Shown here: one piece after another, positions 9,201-18,056 of the stretch
Layout: each line of letters opens with the position of its first letter
Numbering within the stretch: position 1 is the first letter of the stretch
Assembly: GCA_963712735.1 (NCBI GenBank)
Contig: CAVQIZ010000002.1
Location: forward strand, 588,387 to 652,386
Length of the DNA stretch: 64,000 nt
Direction of reading: 5' to 3'
Source: an uncultured Chloroflexia bacterium
GTDB lineage: Bacteria; Chloroflexota; Limnocylindria; Limnocylindrales; CSP1-4
Position numbers and translations under genes: made by a program
The notes under the pieces: model-generated
Database searches by the model: none
The model's input: the letters and a program-made list of their open reading frames with translations, nothing else
What the model was told of the DNA's origin: nothing

Positions 9201-9814
9201 GCACGCCCCTCGTCGGCGTCGCCTTCGTGGTCCGGCGGACGATCCCCGCCGAGCCGGTCGTCGAGCGGGCGGTCATCGGGAGCGGTGTCCTCCGGCGGGA
9301 TGCGGCGCGGTGGGTTGCCGCCGGCGCCGCCCCCCTCCCCCGGCTCCGCGTCAAGCGAATTGACGAACTCGCGGAAGACGCTGAGCTTCTGCTCCTCGTC
9401 GGCTTCGGGGATGACACCGGCGCGGTCGAGGACAGCCTCGGTGGCGAAGATGGGCGCGCCGACCCGCACGGCCAGGGCGATGGCGTCGCTGGGACGCGCG
9501 TCGATCTCGAGGTCGCTGCCGTCCTGCAGGAGCACGATGCGGGCGCGATAGGTCTCGTCGGCGAGATCGGAGACGAGGATGCGCAGGACGCTCACGCCCA
9601 GCTCGCTCAGCATGCTGGCCAGCAGGTCGTGGGTGAGTGGGCGCTCGGCCTCCACGCCCTGCAGCTTCATGGCGATGGACTGGGCCTCCCAGCTGCCGAT
9701 CCAGATCGGCAGGTAGCGCTCCGCATCAGCCTCGCGCAGGATGACCACGTGCTGTGAGGAGAGCATGTGCACGCGCACGCTCTCGACCATCATCTCGCGT
9801 GTCGCTCCGGTCAT
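9197..9814 (-). CDS. Bifunctional nuclease (BFN/DUF151) family protein
   Basis: VRVHMLSSQHVVILREADAERYLPIWIGSWEAQSIAMKLQGVEAERPLTHDLL matches the BFN family core. Its stop shares the CTAG at 9197-9200 with the convergent GT2 gene. Confidence 0.75.
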   Translation of the reverse strand: MTGATREMMVESVRVHMLSSQHVVILREADAERYLPIWIGSWEAQSIAMKLQGVEAERPLTHDLLASMLSELGVSVLRILVSDLADETYRARIVLLQDGSDLEIDARPSDAIALAVRVGAPIFATEAVLDRAGVIPEADEEQKLSVFREFVNSLDAEPGEGGGAGGNPPRRIPPEDTAPDDRPLDDRLGGDRPPDHEGDADEGRA

Positions 9815-9841
9815 GCGGCGATTCTACCGGTGCGCGCGACG

Positions 9842-11938
9842 TCAGCCGACGGCGAGCGTGGTCTGGTACAACGCCTCCGGCGTGATCCACACCAGCGTGT
9901 CGTTCTTGCGCTTGCCCTTCTTGGTCGTGCCGCCCTCGATGACGTACATGCCGCGCACATCGTCCATCTCGCCGCCCTCGCCCGGCGGCAGCCACTGGCC
10001 GATATAGCTGCCGTCGACTTTGCTGAAGCCGACGACGCGACCGTGCAGCGCATCGTAGAGGTAGACGCGCCCGTCGGAGTTGGACCGGCCGGAGCCGTCG
10101 AGCAGACGGTAGTCGTGTCCGGGTCGCAGGTCGACATCGTCGGGCGGCAGGTCGATGGCGAAGTTGCCGTCCCAGCGACCGTAGGTGTGTCGCCGCAGCG
10201 TGTTCTCGAAGAGCGCGTAGACGTCGAAGTCGATGTAGAGCTGCTCGAAGTCCGCCACCTCGGCCGCCTGTGAGGCGAGGTAGGGCGAGGGCTCCTGGAA
10301 CGAGCTGCCGTCGAAGGTCTGCTGATAGCGCATGATCTGGTTGAAGTCGGGCTCCGCGACGTACATGCGGTACTCGCCCACCAGCGGGTCATAGGCCTCG
10401 ACATCGCCGTGGTTCGCCTCGAAGCCGGAGCGCCCCTGGAGTGACAGCTGCGCCAGCGTGCCCGCGCCGGCCGAGTTGGAGGGGCGCCACCGCCAGGGCC
10501 GCGCCTTGTCGTCCACGATGACGACGTCGGGTCCGGCGGCGGCCAGCTGCACCGGCTCGCCGATGGTGCGGTCGGTGCCCTTCTGCTTGTCTCCCTCGGC
10601 CACGATGGCCGCGATCTTGCCCGTCTTGAGGTTGGCCCGCTCGACGATCTTGGCCACGCGGTCGATGAAGATGGCGCCACCGCGTGATCCCTCCACGAGG
10701 TAGGCCGGGTCAGCGCCCTGGGGCAGCCCGGTGATGCGTTCGATCTGCGGTTTGCTGACCCCGTACAGCGAGTCGAGGCCGTCGCGGACACGGCTTTCCA
10801 GCTCATCGAGCGCGGCCGCCGACAGCCCGGTCCCACGGGCCTCCTGCACCTCGGCCCAGGCCTCGCGGTAGTACTCGAGGGCGGTGTCCGGCTCGGTGGT
10901 GATGAGGTTATCGGCCCGGTTGGCCAGGTCGAGGGCCGACCCCAGGGCCGTGTCGCTGGTGGCGATGCGAGGGATGTCGGAGACATCGCTGCCTCGGGGC
11001 ACGAGCACGAGCACGAGACCGACCGCGAAGATCACGCCCACCAGCGCCAGCAGGCCCATGGCGGCGCGGCGCTGGTACTCGGCCCGGCTCGTCGCGGCCG
11101 TCAGCTCCCCGGGGTTGGCCTCGCGCCTCGGCATGGCCTGCCAGAAGCGCTCGCGCAAGGTGTCCAGCGCGCTTGCCGGGGTCGATACGCTGATGGCTTC
11201 GGGGAGGGACGTTGCCGGCTGGCCGAGGGTGGCATCGCCGACGACACGGGCAGCCGAGCGGCTGGTCTGCTCTCTGGCCTCGACGGCCATGATGCCGTCG
11301 GAGCCGGCACCCCCGGACGCCACGAACAGGTGGTGGAGGTGCTCCGCGGCCGCCTGCGGATGCAGCGTCAGAACGGCGCTCTTGAGCTCCTCGGTGCCGA
11401 TGGTCTCGGTGACGTTGCGCGACACCAGCAGCAGCACGTCGCCGACGCTGAGCTCACCACGCCAGACGTCCACCGGGCGACCCTCGTCGCTGGGTAGTCC
11501 GGCGGGGGCGCTGCGATCAGGGATCAGCAGGCGCGCCGAGCGCACGAGATAGGCCTCCGCGGCGCCGAGAGTGGCGAGGTACAGCTCGTTGTTGCGGACG
11601 ACAGCGGCGGCGACACCGAGCGAGCCGGGAGGAAGGCCAGCACCCTCACGACTGCCGCGCAGCCGACGATCGGCGCTCCTGACCGCCTTCTCCAGGCAGA
11701 CCGGCACGCCCGCCGACTCATCGTAGTAGTACTCGTGCCGGATGGTGTCGGCGACGAGCTTCGTGGCCTCCCGGGCTCGGGGCCCGGGGGTGGTCGAGCC
11801 GACGAGGACGAACAACACGCCCTTGGAGCGGGTCGTGGATCCGGTCGTCGGCCGGGTCACGCTCAGCGTGTCGGCAGAGGTCGGGAGCCGGTCCCGCTCG
11901 GCGATCATTCCATGCGTGATCTCGAGTCGGGTAGCCAT
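9842..11938 (-). CDS. Membrane protein with PP2C/SpoIIE-like N-terminal domain, one TM helix and a beta-propeller-like extracytoplasmic domain
   Basis: 698-aa ORF. The N-terminal ~230 aa has a PPM-like layout (VLFVLVG...NELYLATLGAAEAYLVR...GDVLLLVSRNVTE). TM helix AAMGLLALVGVIFAVGLVLVLV. The C-terminal ~370 aa is rich in short beta-strand repeats. Confidence 0.55.
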   Translation of the reverse strand: MATRLEITHGMIAERDRLPTSADTLSVTRPTTGSTTRSKGVLFVLVGSTTPGPRAREATKLVADTIRHEYYYDESAGVPVCLEKAVRSADRRLRGSREGAGLPPGSLGVAAAVVRNNELYLATLGAAEAYLVRSARLLIPDRSAPAGLPSDEGRPVDVWRGELSVGDVLLLVSRNVTETIGTEELKSAVLTLHPQAAAEHLHHLFVASGGAGSDGIMAVEAREQTSRSAARVVGDATLGQPATSLPEAISVSTPASALDTLRERFWQAMPRREANPGELTAATSRAEYQRRAAMGLLALVGVIFAVGLVLVLVPRGSDVSDIPRIATSDTALGSALDLANRADNLITTEPDTALEYYREAWAEVQEARGTGLSAAALDELESRVRDGLDSLYGVSKPQIERITGLPQGADPAYLVEGSRGGAIFIDRVAKIVERANLKTGKIAAIVAEGDKQKGTDRTIGEPVQLAAAGPDVVIVDDKARPWRWRPSNSAGAGTLAQLSLQGRSGFEANHGDVEAYDPLVGEYRMYVAEPDFNQIMRYQQTFDGSSFQEPSPYLASQAAEVADFEQLYIDFDVYALFENTLRRHTYGRWDGNFAIDLPPDDVDLRPGHDYRLLDGSGRSNSDGRVYLYDALHGRVVGFSKVDGSYIGQWLPPGEGGEMDDVRGMYVIEGGTTKKGKRKNDTLVWITPEALYQTTLAVG

Positions 11939-11950
11939 GAGCGGCCTAGT

Positions 11951-12295
11951 CTACCGTGGCCGCCCCGAATCCCCGTCGCGCGGCCTGCGCACGACGACAT
12001 GCAGCTCCAGCAGACGCTGCCCACCGGGCGCGGAGGCGAAGGCATCGAGCAGTTGCAGCGCATGCAGCCGCAACTCCTGGCCAGTGGCAGGGTCGTCCGC
12101 GGAGACATACAGCCCGGGTGGGCGGACCTCGAGCAGACGCGAGGCGCCGGCCGCGAGCGGCACCATCTCCTCCACGATGCGCGACCACGACGACATCGCC
12201 CGCGCCGCCCGCAGCTCCTCGTCCAGGCCCAGCTGGCTGGCGATGCCCGGGAGCAGATCGCCCAGCCGGTGCACCGGCCGCCTGCGACGGCTCAC
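11951..12295 (-). CDS. DUF721 (DciA-like) protein
   Basis: HRLGDLLPGIASQLGLDEELRAARAMSSWSRIV...LYVSADDPATGQELRLH fits DUF721, in its usual place directly after recF. The GTG at 12295 overlaps the recF TGA (GTGA). The ORF track extends to GTG 12343. Confidence 0.65.
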   Translation of the reverse strand: MSRRRRPVHRLGDLLPGIASQLGLDEELRAARAMSSWSRIVEEMVPLAAGASRLLEVRPPGLYVSADDPATGQELRLHALQLLDAFASAPGGQRLLELHVVVRRPRDGDSGRPR

Positions 12296-13425
12296 CCGCC
12301 CACACCGTCGGCAGGATGGACGCTGCCCGGCTCCACCTGCCACAGCGTGGAGGCAGCCACGAGCGCGGGGTCGAGGTCGTCGGCGGTGGTGGTGGTGACG
12401 ATGGCCTGCGGCAGGCTGCCGATGCGCCGGACCAGGTGTGCGCGACGCTCGGGATCGAGCTCGCTGAAGACGTCATCGAGGAGCAGCAGCGGTGGTCGCC
12501 CGTCGAGCTGCGTGAGCAGGTCCAGCTCGGCCAGCTTGAGCGCCAGGATGGCCGTTCGCTGCTGGCCGCGGGAGGCGAACTCGGTGAGGTCGCGACCGCC
12601 CGACCCGAAGGCCAGGTCGTCGCGGTGGGGTCCCACCAGGGTGGCGCCGTTCCACACCTCCTTGTCGGCCGTCTCGCGCAGTCGGCGACGCAGTGCGTCC
12701 GCGTTCGGTTCGGTGGGCTGGGGCTCGACGTTGGAGAGGTAGCGCAGCGTGAGCGCCGTTTCGTCCGGGGCGATCTCGCGATGGGCGTCAGCCAGTGGCT
12801 GGGCCAGCGCAGACAGGGTCTCGCGGCGCCAGTCCAGGATGCGTCCACCGTGCTCCACGATGACGTCGTCCCAGTAGGCCAGCTCGGCACGGCCGGCCTC
12901 CTCTTCGCGGATGCGGCGCAGGAGCGAGTTGCGCTGGGTCAGCGTGCGCTGGTACGTGGACATCACCGCGGCGGCCGTCGGCTCGCGCTGGAGCACCAGT
13001 CCGTCCAGGAGGTTCCGACGCAGCGACGGCGAGCCGACGATGAGGAGCATGTCTTCGGGTGCGAACAGGACCGTGCGCAGCACGGGCCAGAGGGCGGAGG
13101 CCCGACGGTTCACGCCATTGACGCGGATGCGCTTGCGAGCGCCGGGGGCGGCGCCCCTGGCGTGGACCACGACCTCGAGTTCCTCGCTGCGGCCGTCGCT
13201 CTCGACCTGCGCGGCCGCCCGGGCGAAGGCCGCACCCCAGCGCACCAGCTCCGTCTCCGTGGAGCTGCGGTGGGAGCGCCCTGATGACAGCACCACCAGC
13301 GACTCGATGAGGTTGGTCTTGCCGGCGGCATTCCGTCCAACAACCACGTGCGGTCCGCCGCCAAGGCGTATCTCCAGGTGCTCATAGCTGCGAAAGCCGT
13401 CGAGGGTCAGGCTGCGGACAGGCAT
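12292..13425 (-). CDS. recF: DNA replication and repair protein RecF
   Basis: MPVRSLTLDGFRSYEHLEI...GRNAAGKTNLIESL (Walker A)...LLLLDDVFSELD. ATG at 13425 chosen by homology; the ORF track extends to 13764. Confidence 0.92.
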   Translation of the reverse strand: MPVRSLTLDGFRSYEHLEIRLGGGPHVVVGRNAAGKTNLIESLVVLSSGRSHRSSTETELVRWGAAFARAAAQVESDGRSEELEVVVHARGAAPGARKRIRVNGVNRRASALWPVLRTVLFAPEDMLLIVGSPSLRRNLLDGLVLQREPTAAAVMSTYQRTLTQRNSLLRRIREEEAGRAELAYWDDVIVEHGGRILDWRRETLSALAQPLADAHREIAPDETALTLRYLSNVEPQPTEPNADALRRRLRETADKEVWNGATLVGPHRDDLAFGSGGRDLTEFASRGQQRTAILALKLAELDLLTQLDGRPPLLLLDDVFSELDPERRAHLVRRIGSLPQAIVTTTTADDLDPALVAASTLWQVEPGSVHPADGVGG

Positions 13426-13483
13426 CAGGCGAGTCGCTGGCGGCCGCGCCGCGAGGGCTGCGCGGCCTGCCGGGCAGCGTCGA

Positions 13484-14605
13484 TCAGGAGGGCGTCCGCA
13501 CCGGCATGATGACGTGCACGTAGGCCGGGTCATCGACGGGCTTGAGCACGCCCGGGGCGAGGGGCCCGCTGAGCTCCACGGCGAGCTGCTCGCCATCCAT
13601 GTTCTGCAGGGCCTCGACCAGGTAGCGGGCGTTGAAAGCGATGGTGACCGGGTCCCCCTCGAGCTGTGCCTCCACGCGCCCCTCCGCGTCACCCACGTCG
13701 GCCTTGGCATTGACCGCGATGGCGGCAGGGTTCTCCTCCTCCCCAAAGCCGAGGCGCACGACATTGGCCGACGAGGAGGCGATGAGCGCGGTGAGGCGGA
13801 CGGCTTTCAGCAGGTCATCGCGGTCGACGAGCGCGCGGGTGCTGTGCGACGTGGGCAGGACCGACTGATAGTTGGGGAACTGGCCGTCGATGAGACGGCT
13901 GACGACCTCCGTCGTGTCGACCTTGAAGATGACCTGGCTCTTGGCTTGGGCGAGGATGATGTCGACCGGCTCGTCCGTGTCGCCCAGCACGCGCATCAGC
14001 TCGACGTATGAGCGGGCCGGGATGACCACGCTGGTCTCCTCGACCGAATGCAGCAGATCGAGCGTCTTGACCGCGATGCGGTAGTTGTCGGCGGCTGCCA
14101 GTGTCAGGGTCTCGCCAGACAAGCGGGTCAGCACCCCGGTGAGGATGGGCCTCGTCTCGTCCGCTGCGGCGGCGAAGGTCACCTCGCCCAGGGCCCGGCG
14201 CATGGCCTTCTGGCTGACCTGCGTCGTGGGGCGCTCGCCGGCGGCCGGGATGACAGGGAACTCCTCGGCATCGATGCCGCGCAGCCGCGTGGTGTAGCTC
14301 CCGGCGCGGATGAGCAGCGTGTTCTCCTTCTCCATCTCGAGGTCCACGCGCTCGCCGCTGGGCAGGCCACCGACCATGTCCGTCAGGAGGCGGGCTGGCA
14401 CGGTCATCGTCCCGTCCGTCTCGATCTTGCCCGGCACCCACACCGAGATGCCGATCTCGAGATTCGTCGCCGTCAGGCGGAGACCTCCGTCCTGTGTCTT
14501 CAGCAGGACGTTGGCAAGCACTGGCAGGGTCGCCCGACTGCTGACGGCGCGGCTCACGTGGGACAGACCCCGGGCCAGGTTCTCCTGCATCAAGGACAGC
14601 TTCAC
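13484..14605 (-). CDS. dnaN: DNA polymerase III beta sliding clamp
   Basis: 373 aa. MKLSLMQENLARGLSHVSRAVSSRATLPVLANVLL is the typical DnaN N-terminus. GTG start with GGGAG about 12 nt upstream. Confidence 0.95.
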   Translation of the reverse strand: MKLSLMQENLARGLSHVSRAVSSRATLPVLANVLLKTQDGGLRLTATNLEIGISVWVPGKIETDGTMTVPARLLTDMVGGLPSGERVDLEMEKENTLLIRAGSYTTRLRGIDAEEFPVIPAAGERPTTQVSQKAMRRALGEVTFAAAADETRPILTGVLTRLSGETLTLAAADNYRIAVKTLDLLHSVEETSVVIPARSYVELMRVLGDTDEPVDIILAQAKSQVIFKVDTTEVVSRLIDGQFPNYQSVLPTSHSTRALVDRDDLLKAVRLTALIASSSANVVRLGFGEEENPAAIAVNAKADVGDAEGRVEAQLEGDPVTIAFNARYLVEALQNMDGEQLAVELSGPLAPGVLKPVDDPAYVHVIMPVRTPS

Positions 14606-15015
14606 GAGCGGACGAGCTCCCTATGACATGTACATGGTTCTTTGTAATCTTCTCATCTCATCGTCATCTTCATACTGTGGATTCTGATGATGAGCCACGA
14701 GCGCCACGCTGCGCTCGTGCGTGCGGTCGGTCCGCCGGGGCGGCGGACGGCGTGTGTCTCACTGGTGCACAGACCTCCCTTCACTGTGGACGACCTGCCC
14801 GGACGCCCACACACCACACTCATCCGACCACCAGTGACACCCACCGCCCGCGGCTGGCTCCGCGCACGGCGCGGGACGTTCATCCACTGGTGGTCAACAC
14901 TGACAGCGCACAGGTGGGCTGGGCCAGCGGACTAGGTAGTGTGTCCGTGGGGCCCCGGCGCCGTGCGGAACGACCGAACGACAAGGACGGCCCCCGCGGG
15001 TGCGCAAGGGTCTGA
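14606..15015. other. Putative oriC (dnaA-dnaN spacer) with AT-rich unwinding element
   Basis: 14621-14690 is 37% G+C (26/70). DnaA-box-like 9-mers: TGTGGATTC at 14676-14684, TGTGGACGA at 14785-14793, TCATCCACT at 14880-14888. Confidence 0.55.
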
Positions 15016-16428
15016 TCAGCGATCGGAGAAGATCGACTCGCGTACGGCGGCCAGCTCTCGCCGCAGCTCCTCGTTGCGCGAGGCTTCCTGGTCGATCTTC
15101 CTGCAGGCATGCAGCACCGTCGAGTGGTCGCGCCCGCCGAGCTCGGCGCCGATGCGCAGCAGGGAGACGTCGGTCTCCTCGCGCATCAGGTACATCGCGA
15201 TCTGGCGTGGCACCACGATGGCGCGGTCTCGCTTCTGGCCACGAAGCGCGTCCAGGTCCACGTCGTAGTACTGGGCCACCGCCATGGCGATGCGCTCCGG
15301 TGTGACCGCGCGTTTGCGTGGACTGTAGAGCACGTTCGACAGCACGGCCTGTGCCAGGTCCACGCTGATGGGCATCCCCTGCATCGAGGCGTAGGCCACG
15401 ATGCGGTTGAGCGCCCCTTCCAGCTCACGGATGTTGGACGCGATCTTGCGCGCGATGAACTCGAGCGCGTCCCCGTCGACGCGAACCCCCTGCTCCTCCG
15501 ACTTGGTGCGCAGGATGGCGATGCGTGTCTCGAGGTCCGGCGCCGTCAGGTCCGCGATGAGCCCCCATTCGAAGCGGCTGCGCAGGCGCTCTTCCAGCGT
15601 GGTGATCTGCTTGGGCGGTCGGTCGCTGGAAAGCACGATCTGCTTGCCATCCTCGTGGATGGCGTTGAACGTGTGGAAGAACTCCTCCTGCGTCCGCTCC
15701 TTGTCGGCGATGAACTGGATATCGTCGATGAGCAGCAGGTCGATCTTGCGATAGCGCGCACGGAAGTCGTCGATGCGGCCCTGCTGGATGGAGGTGATGA
15801 AGTCGTTGGTGAACTTCTCACTGGTGGCGTACACGACTCGCTTTCGAGGGAAGCGTTGCACGACAGCGTTGCCGACCGCGTGCATCAGGTGTGTCTTGCC
15901 CAGGCCGACCCCGCCGTAGAGGAAGAGCGGGTTGTAGGCCTCACCGGGCCGCTCCGCGACCGAGAGGCTGGCAGCGTGGGCGAGGCGGTTCGCCGACCCG
16001 ACGATGAACGTGCGGAAGGTGTAGCGAGCGTTGAGGTTGACCCCCCCGCCTTCGCTGGCCCCGACGCGTCCGGGCTCCACGCGCACCGTGGCGTTCGCCG
16101 GGCGCTCCGGTTTGGTCGCCGTGGGCTCCACGGAGGCAGGGGCGTCGGTTGCATCGGACTCGGCATCGCTCACCACGAACTCGACGTTGACGCTGTAGCC
16201 GACGATACGGGCGAGCGTCTGGGCGATGAGCGAGCGGTAGCGGTTCTCCAGCCAGTCCTTGGCGAAGCCGTTGGGCGCTGCGACGCGAAAGAGGTCGCCG
16301 TCGACATCGACGAGCGTCGTGTCCCTCAGCCAGGTCTCGTAGTTGGCCGGGGACAGCGACACCTGAAGCTCACCGAGGGTGGCTCTCCAGACCTGCTTCG
16401 CGTCCATCGATGGCAACGTGACCCGCAC
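15016..16428 (-). CDS. dnaA: Chromosomal replication initiator DnaA
   Basis: GGVGLGKTHLMHAVGN (Walker A), LLIDDIQF, and C-terminal HTH KRDRAIVVPRQIAMYLMRE. The start is either GTG 16428 or, more typically, ATG 16407 (MDAKQVWRATLGELQ). Confidence 0.95.
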   Translation of the reverse strand: MRVTLPSMDAKQVWRATLGELQVSLSPANYETWLRDTTLVDVDGDLFRVAAPNGFAKDWLENRYRSLIAQTLARIVGYSVNVEFVVSDAESDATDAPASVEPTATKPERPANATVRVEPGRVGASEGGGVNLNARYTFRTFIVGSANRLAHAASLSVAERPGEAYNPLFLYGGVGLGKTHLMHAVGNAVVQRFPRKRVVYATSEKFTNDFITSIQQGRIDDFRARYRKIDLLLIDDIQFIADKERTQEEFFHTFNAIHEDGKQIVLSSDRPPKQITTLEERLRSRFEWGLIADLTAPDLETRIAILRTKSEEQGVRVDGDALEFIARKIASNIRELEGALNRIVAYASMQGMPISVDLAQAVLSNVLYSPRKRAVTPERIAMAVAQYYDVDLDALRGQKRDRAIVVPRQIAMYLMREETDVSLLRIGAELGGRDHSTVLHACRKIDQEASRNEELRRELAAVRESIFSDR

Positions 16429-16767
16429 TTCGACACAGCTTCAGCGTCCCGCTCCGAGTGACGTCCCGACACCCGGGCGAGGCGCGATCGACATCCCTCT
16501 GGAGGGAACCGTGTCAACCCCCCTCGGGTCGGCGCGATGGCGGCTCCAGCTTGGGCACCCGGGCCCCTGAGGGGCGCCGGGCGGCCTACGTTAGCACCGC
16601 GTTTCGGGACTGTGCAACGCCCGTCCGGCATACCCCCGGGGAGTATGCCGCATACTCCCCTGCACGGCTGCTACCACGACGAGCGTGGACACCGTGGCGA
16701 CCCCTGCTCTGCTGGTGTTGGCAAGACGCACCACGACCGTCCGGCCCGACGCGACGGTCGCCGGGCC

Positions 16768-17148
16768 CTAGGCCACGCGCTGGCCCGGCTCGGCTCCGGC
16801 ATCGACGCTGAGCAGGGGCACTCGCCCACCGGGTGCCAGGGCCCCCAGTACCAGCACCTCGCTCTCCACCCCCGCCACGCGGCGTGGCGCCAGGTTGACC
16901 ACCGCCACCACCAGCCGCCCCACCAGCGCGCGTGGGTCCGGGTAGGCCTGTGTGAGCTGCGCGCTGGACTGTCGCTCGCCGCCGGGGCCGAAGTCGATCC
17001 GCAGCCGGTAGGCCGGCTTGCGTGCGCCCTCCAGCGGGCTCGCCGCAAGGATGCGCCCGACGCGCAGATCAAGCCGCTCGAAGTCTTCGCTGGTAGCGCT
17101 GCCGGGCTTGAGAAACGCCGCCTGGTCGGCGTCGTGGTCGATGGTCAT
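16768..17148 (-). CDS. tRNA-binding (CsaA/EMAP-type OB-fold) protein
   Basis: FERLDLRVGRILAASPLEGARKPAYRLRIDFGPGGERQSSAQLTQAYPDPRALVGRLVVAVVNLAPRRVAGVESEVLVLG matches the CsaA pattern. ATG 17148 chosen; the ORF track extends to 17292. Confidence 0.75.
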   Translation of the reverse strand: MTIDHDADQAAFLKPGSATSEDFERLDLRVGRILAASPLEGARKPAYRLRIDFGPGGERQSSAQLTQAYPDPRALVGRLVVAVVNLAPRRVAGVESEVLVLGALAPGGRVPLLSVDAGAEPGQRVA

Positions 17149-17181
17149 GCGGAAAACCTCCGGGACGCGGGATTCGTCGCG

Positions 17182-17187
17182 TATAAT
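17182..17187 (+). promoter_or_regulatory. Candidate -10 hexamer TATAAT upstream of rpmH
   Basis: Perfect TATAAT in GC-rich DNA, 141 nt upstream of the rpmH GTG, in the csaA/rpmH divergent region. No convincing -35. Confidence 0.35.
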
Positions 17188-17327
17188 CCGCCCGACTGGA
17201 TGCGAGCGTGCGCCCGGGACGACCACAAGTGGTCTACCGTGCCGTGTTTGCATCGCCCACATCCGCACCGGCAGGCCGGTCTCGATACACACGACCCGAC
17301 CGCCTGCCCGAAGGAGTCCAGTTCCCA

Positions 17328-17465
17328 GTGACCAAGCAGACCTACCAGCCCAAGAAGCGCCATCGCGCCCGGGAGCACGGCTTTCGCAAGCGCATGAAGA
17401 GTCAGGGTGGCCGCAAGGTGCTTGCCGCCCGGCGCGCTCGTGGCCGCAAGAAGCTCACCGTCTGA
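17328..17465 (+). CDS. rpmH: 50S ribosomal protein L34
   Basis: [48 protein letters not shown] start with AAGGAG at 17311-17316. Confidence 0.95.
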   Translation: MTKQTYQPKKRHRAREHGFRKRMKSQGGRKVLAARRARGRKKLTV

Positions 17466-17490
17466 CGCCCGGCAGACCCGAGGAGGGGCC

Positions 17491-17829
17491 GTGCCGACGC
17501 TCCGCTCGCGACGGGACTTCGCTCGCGTCAGCAGCGAAGGTCGCTCGCGATCGGACCGCCTCATGGTCGTCCGCTTCGTTCCCAATGCCCGCGACCACGA
17601 CCGCTTCGGCATCTCCACCGGTCGACGCCTCGGTGGCGCCGTCCGGCGCAACCGCGTGCGCCGGCGCCTCCGCGAGGTCCTGCGACACGCGCCCAACCAG
17701 ACCGGCCACGGCTGGGACATCCTCATCGTCGCCCGACCTCCTGCAGCCGAGGCCTCGTTCGACGACCTTCGAGCGGCCACGGAGCGCCTGCTCGGCGCTG
17801 TCCGTGGCGCGGTGACGACACCATCGTGA
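17491..17829 (+). CDS. rnpA: Ribonuclease P protein component
   Basis: LRSRRDFARV...GGAVRRNRVRRRLRE (RNR motif). GTG 17491 is preceded by GAGGAGG. Position is directly after rpmH. Confidence 0.9.
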   Translation: MPTLRSRRDFARVSSEGRSRSDRLMVVRFVPNARDHDRFGISTGRRLGGAVRRNRVRRRLREVLRHAPNQTGHGWDILIVARPPAAEASFDDLRAATERLLGAVRGAVTTPS

Positions 17830-18056
17830 GCGCCATCGGTGATCTGGGGCGCCGCGTCGGGATCGGCCTGATCCATGTCTACCGCAAGACGCTGTCCCCG
17901 CTCTTCGCTGGTTCGTGCCGCTATGAGCCATCCTGCTCGGTCTACACGGAGCAGGCCATCCAGAAGTACGGGCTGGCCAAGGGCAGCTGGATGGGCGCCA
18001 AGCGCATCGCCAGCTGCGGTCCATGGCGTCCCGGCGGCTATGACCCGGTGAAATGA
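17826..18056 (+). CDS. yidD: Membrane protein insertion efficiency factor YidD
   Basis: IHVYRKTLSPLFAGSCRYEPSCSVYTEQAIQKYG is the YidD signature. Overlaps the rnpA stop. Confidence 0.92.
   Translation: MSAIGDLGRRVGIGLIHVYRKTLSPLFAGSCRYEPSCSVYTEQAIQKYGLAKGSWMGAKRIASCGPWRPGGYDPVK

Noticed and set aside
14553-14565. parS-like CTCACGTGGGACA inside dnaN. Other CACGTG-containing words (e.g. GCCACGTGGC near 63573) were also considered.
   Set aside because: Only the central CACGTG and part of one arm match. There are 3-4 mismatches to the local GTT(T/C)CACGTGGAAC sites, and the words lie within coding sequence.
14686-14694. GATGATGAG next to the TGTGGATTC box as possible DnaA-trios.
   Set aside because: There are only three triplets. 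The polarity (5'-GAT-3') does not match the described 3'-GAT-5' trio orientation relative to the box, and no GC cluster lies between them. It is not claimed.
16429-16626. GC-rich, hairpin-prone 200 bp directly upstream of dnaA as a known ncRNA (SRP RNA, RNase P RNA, 6S).
   Set aside because: None of the conserved primary-sequence blocks I know for these RNAs is present, such as GAGGAAAGTCCGGGC, ACAGAACCCGGCTTA or GGAAGCAGCC. It is left as unassigned leader or spacer.
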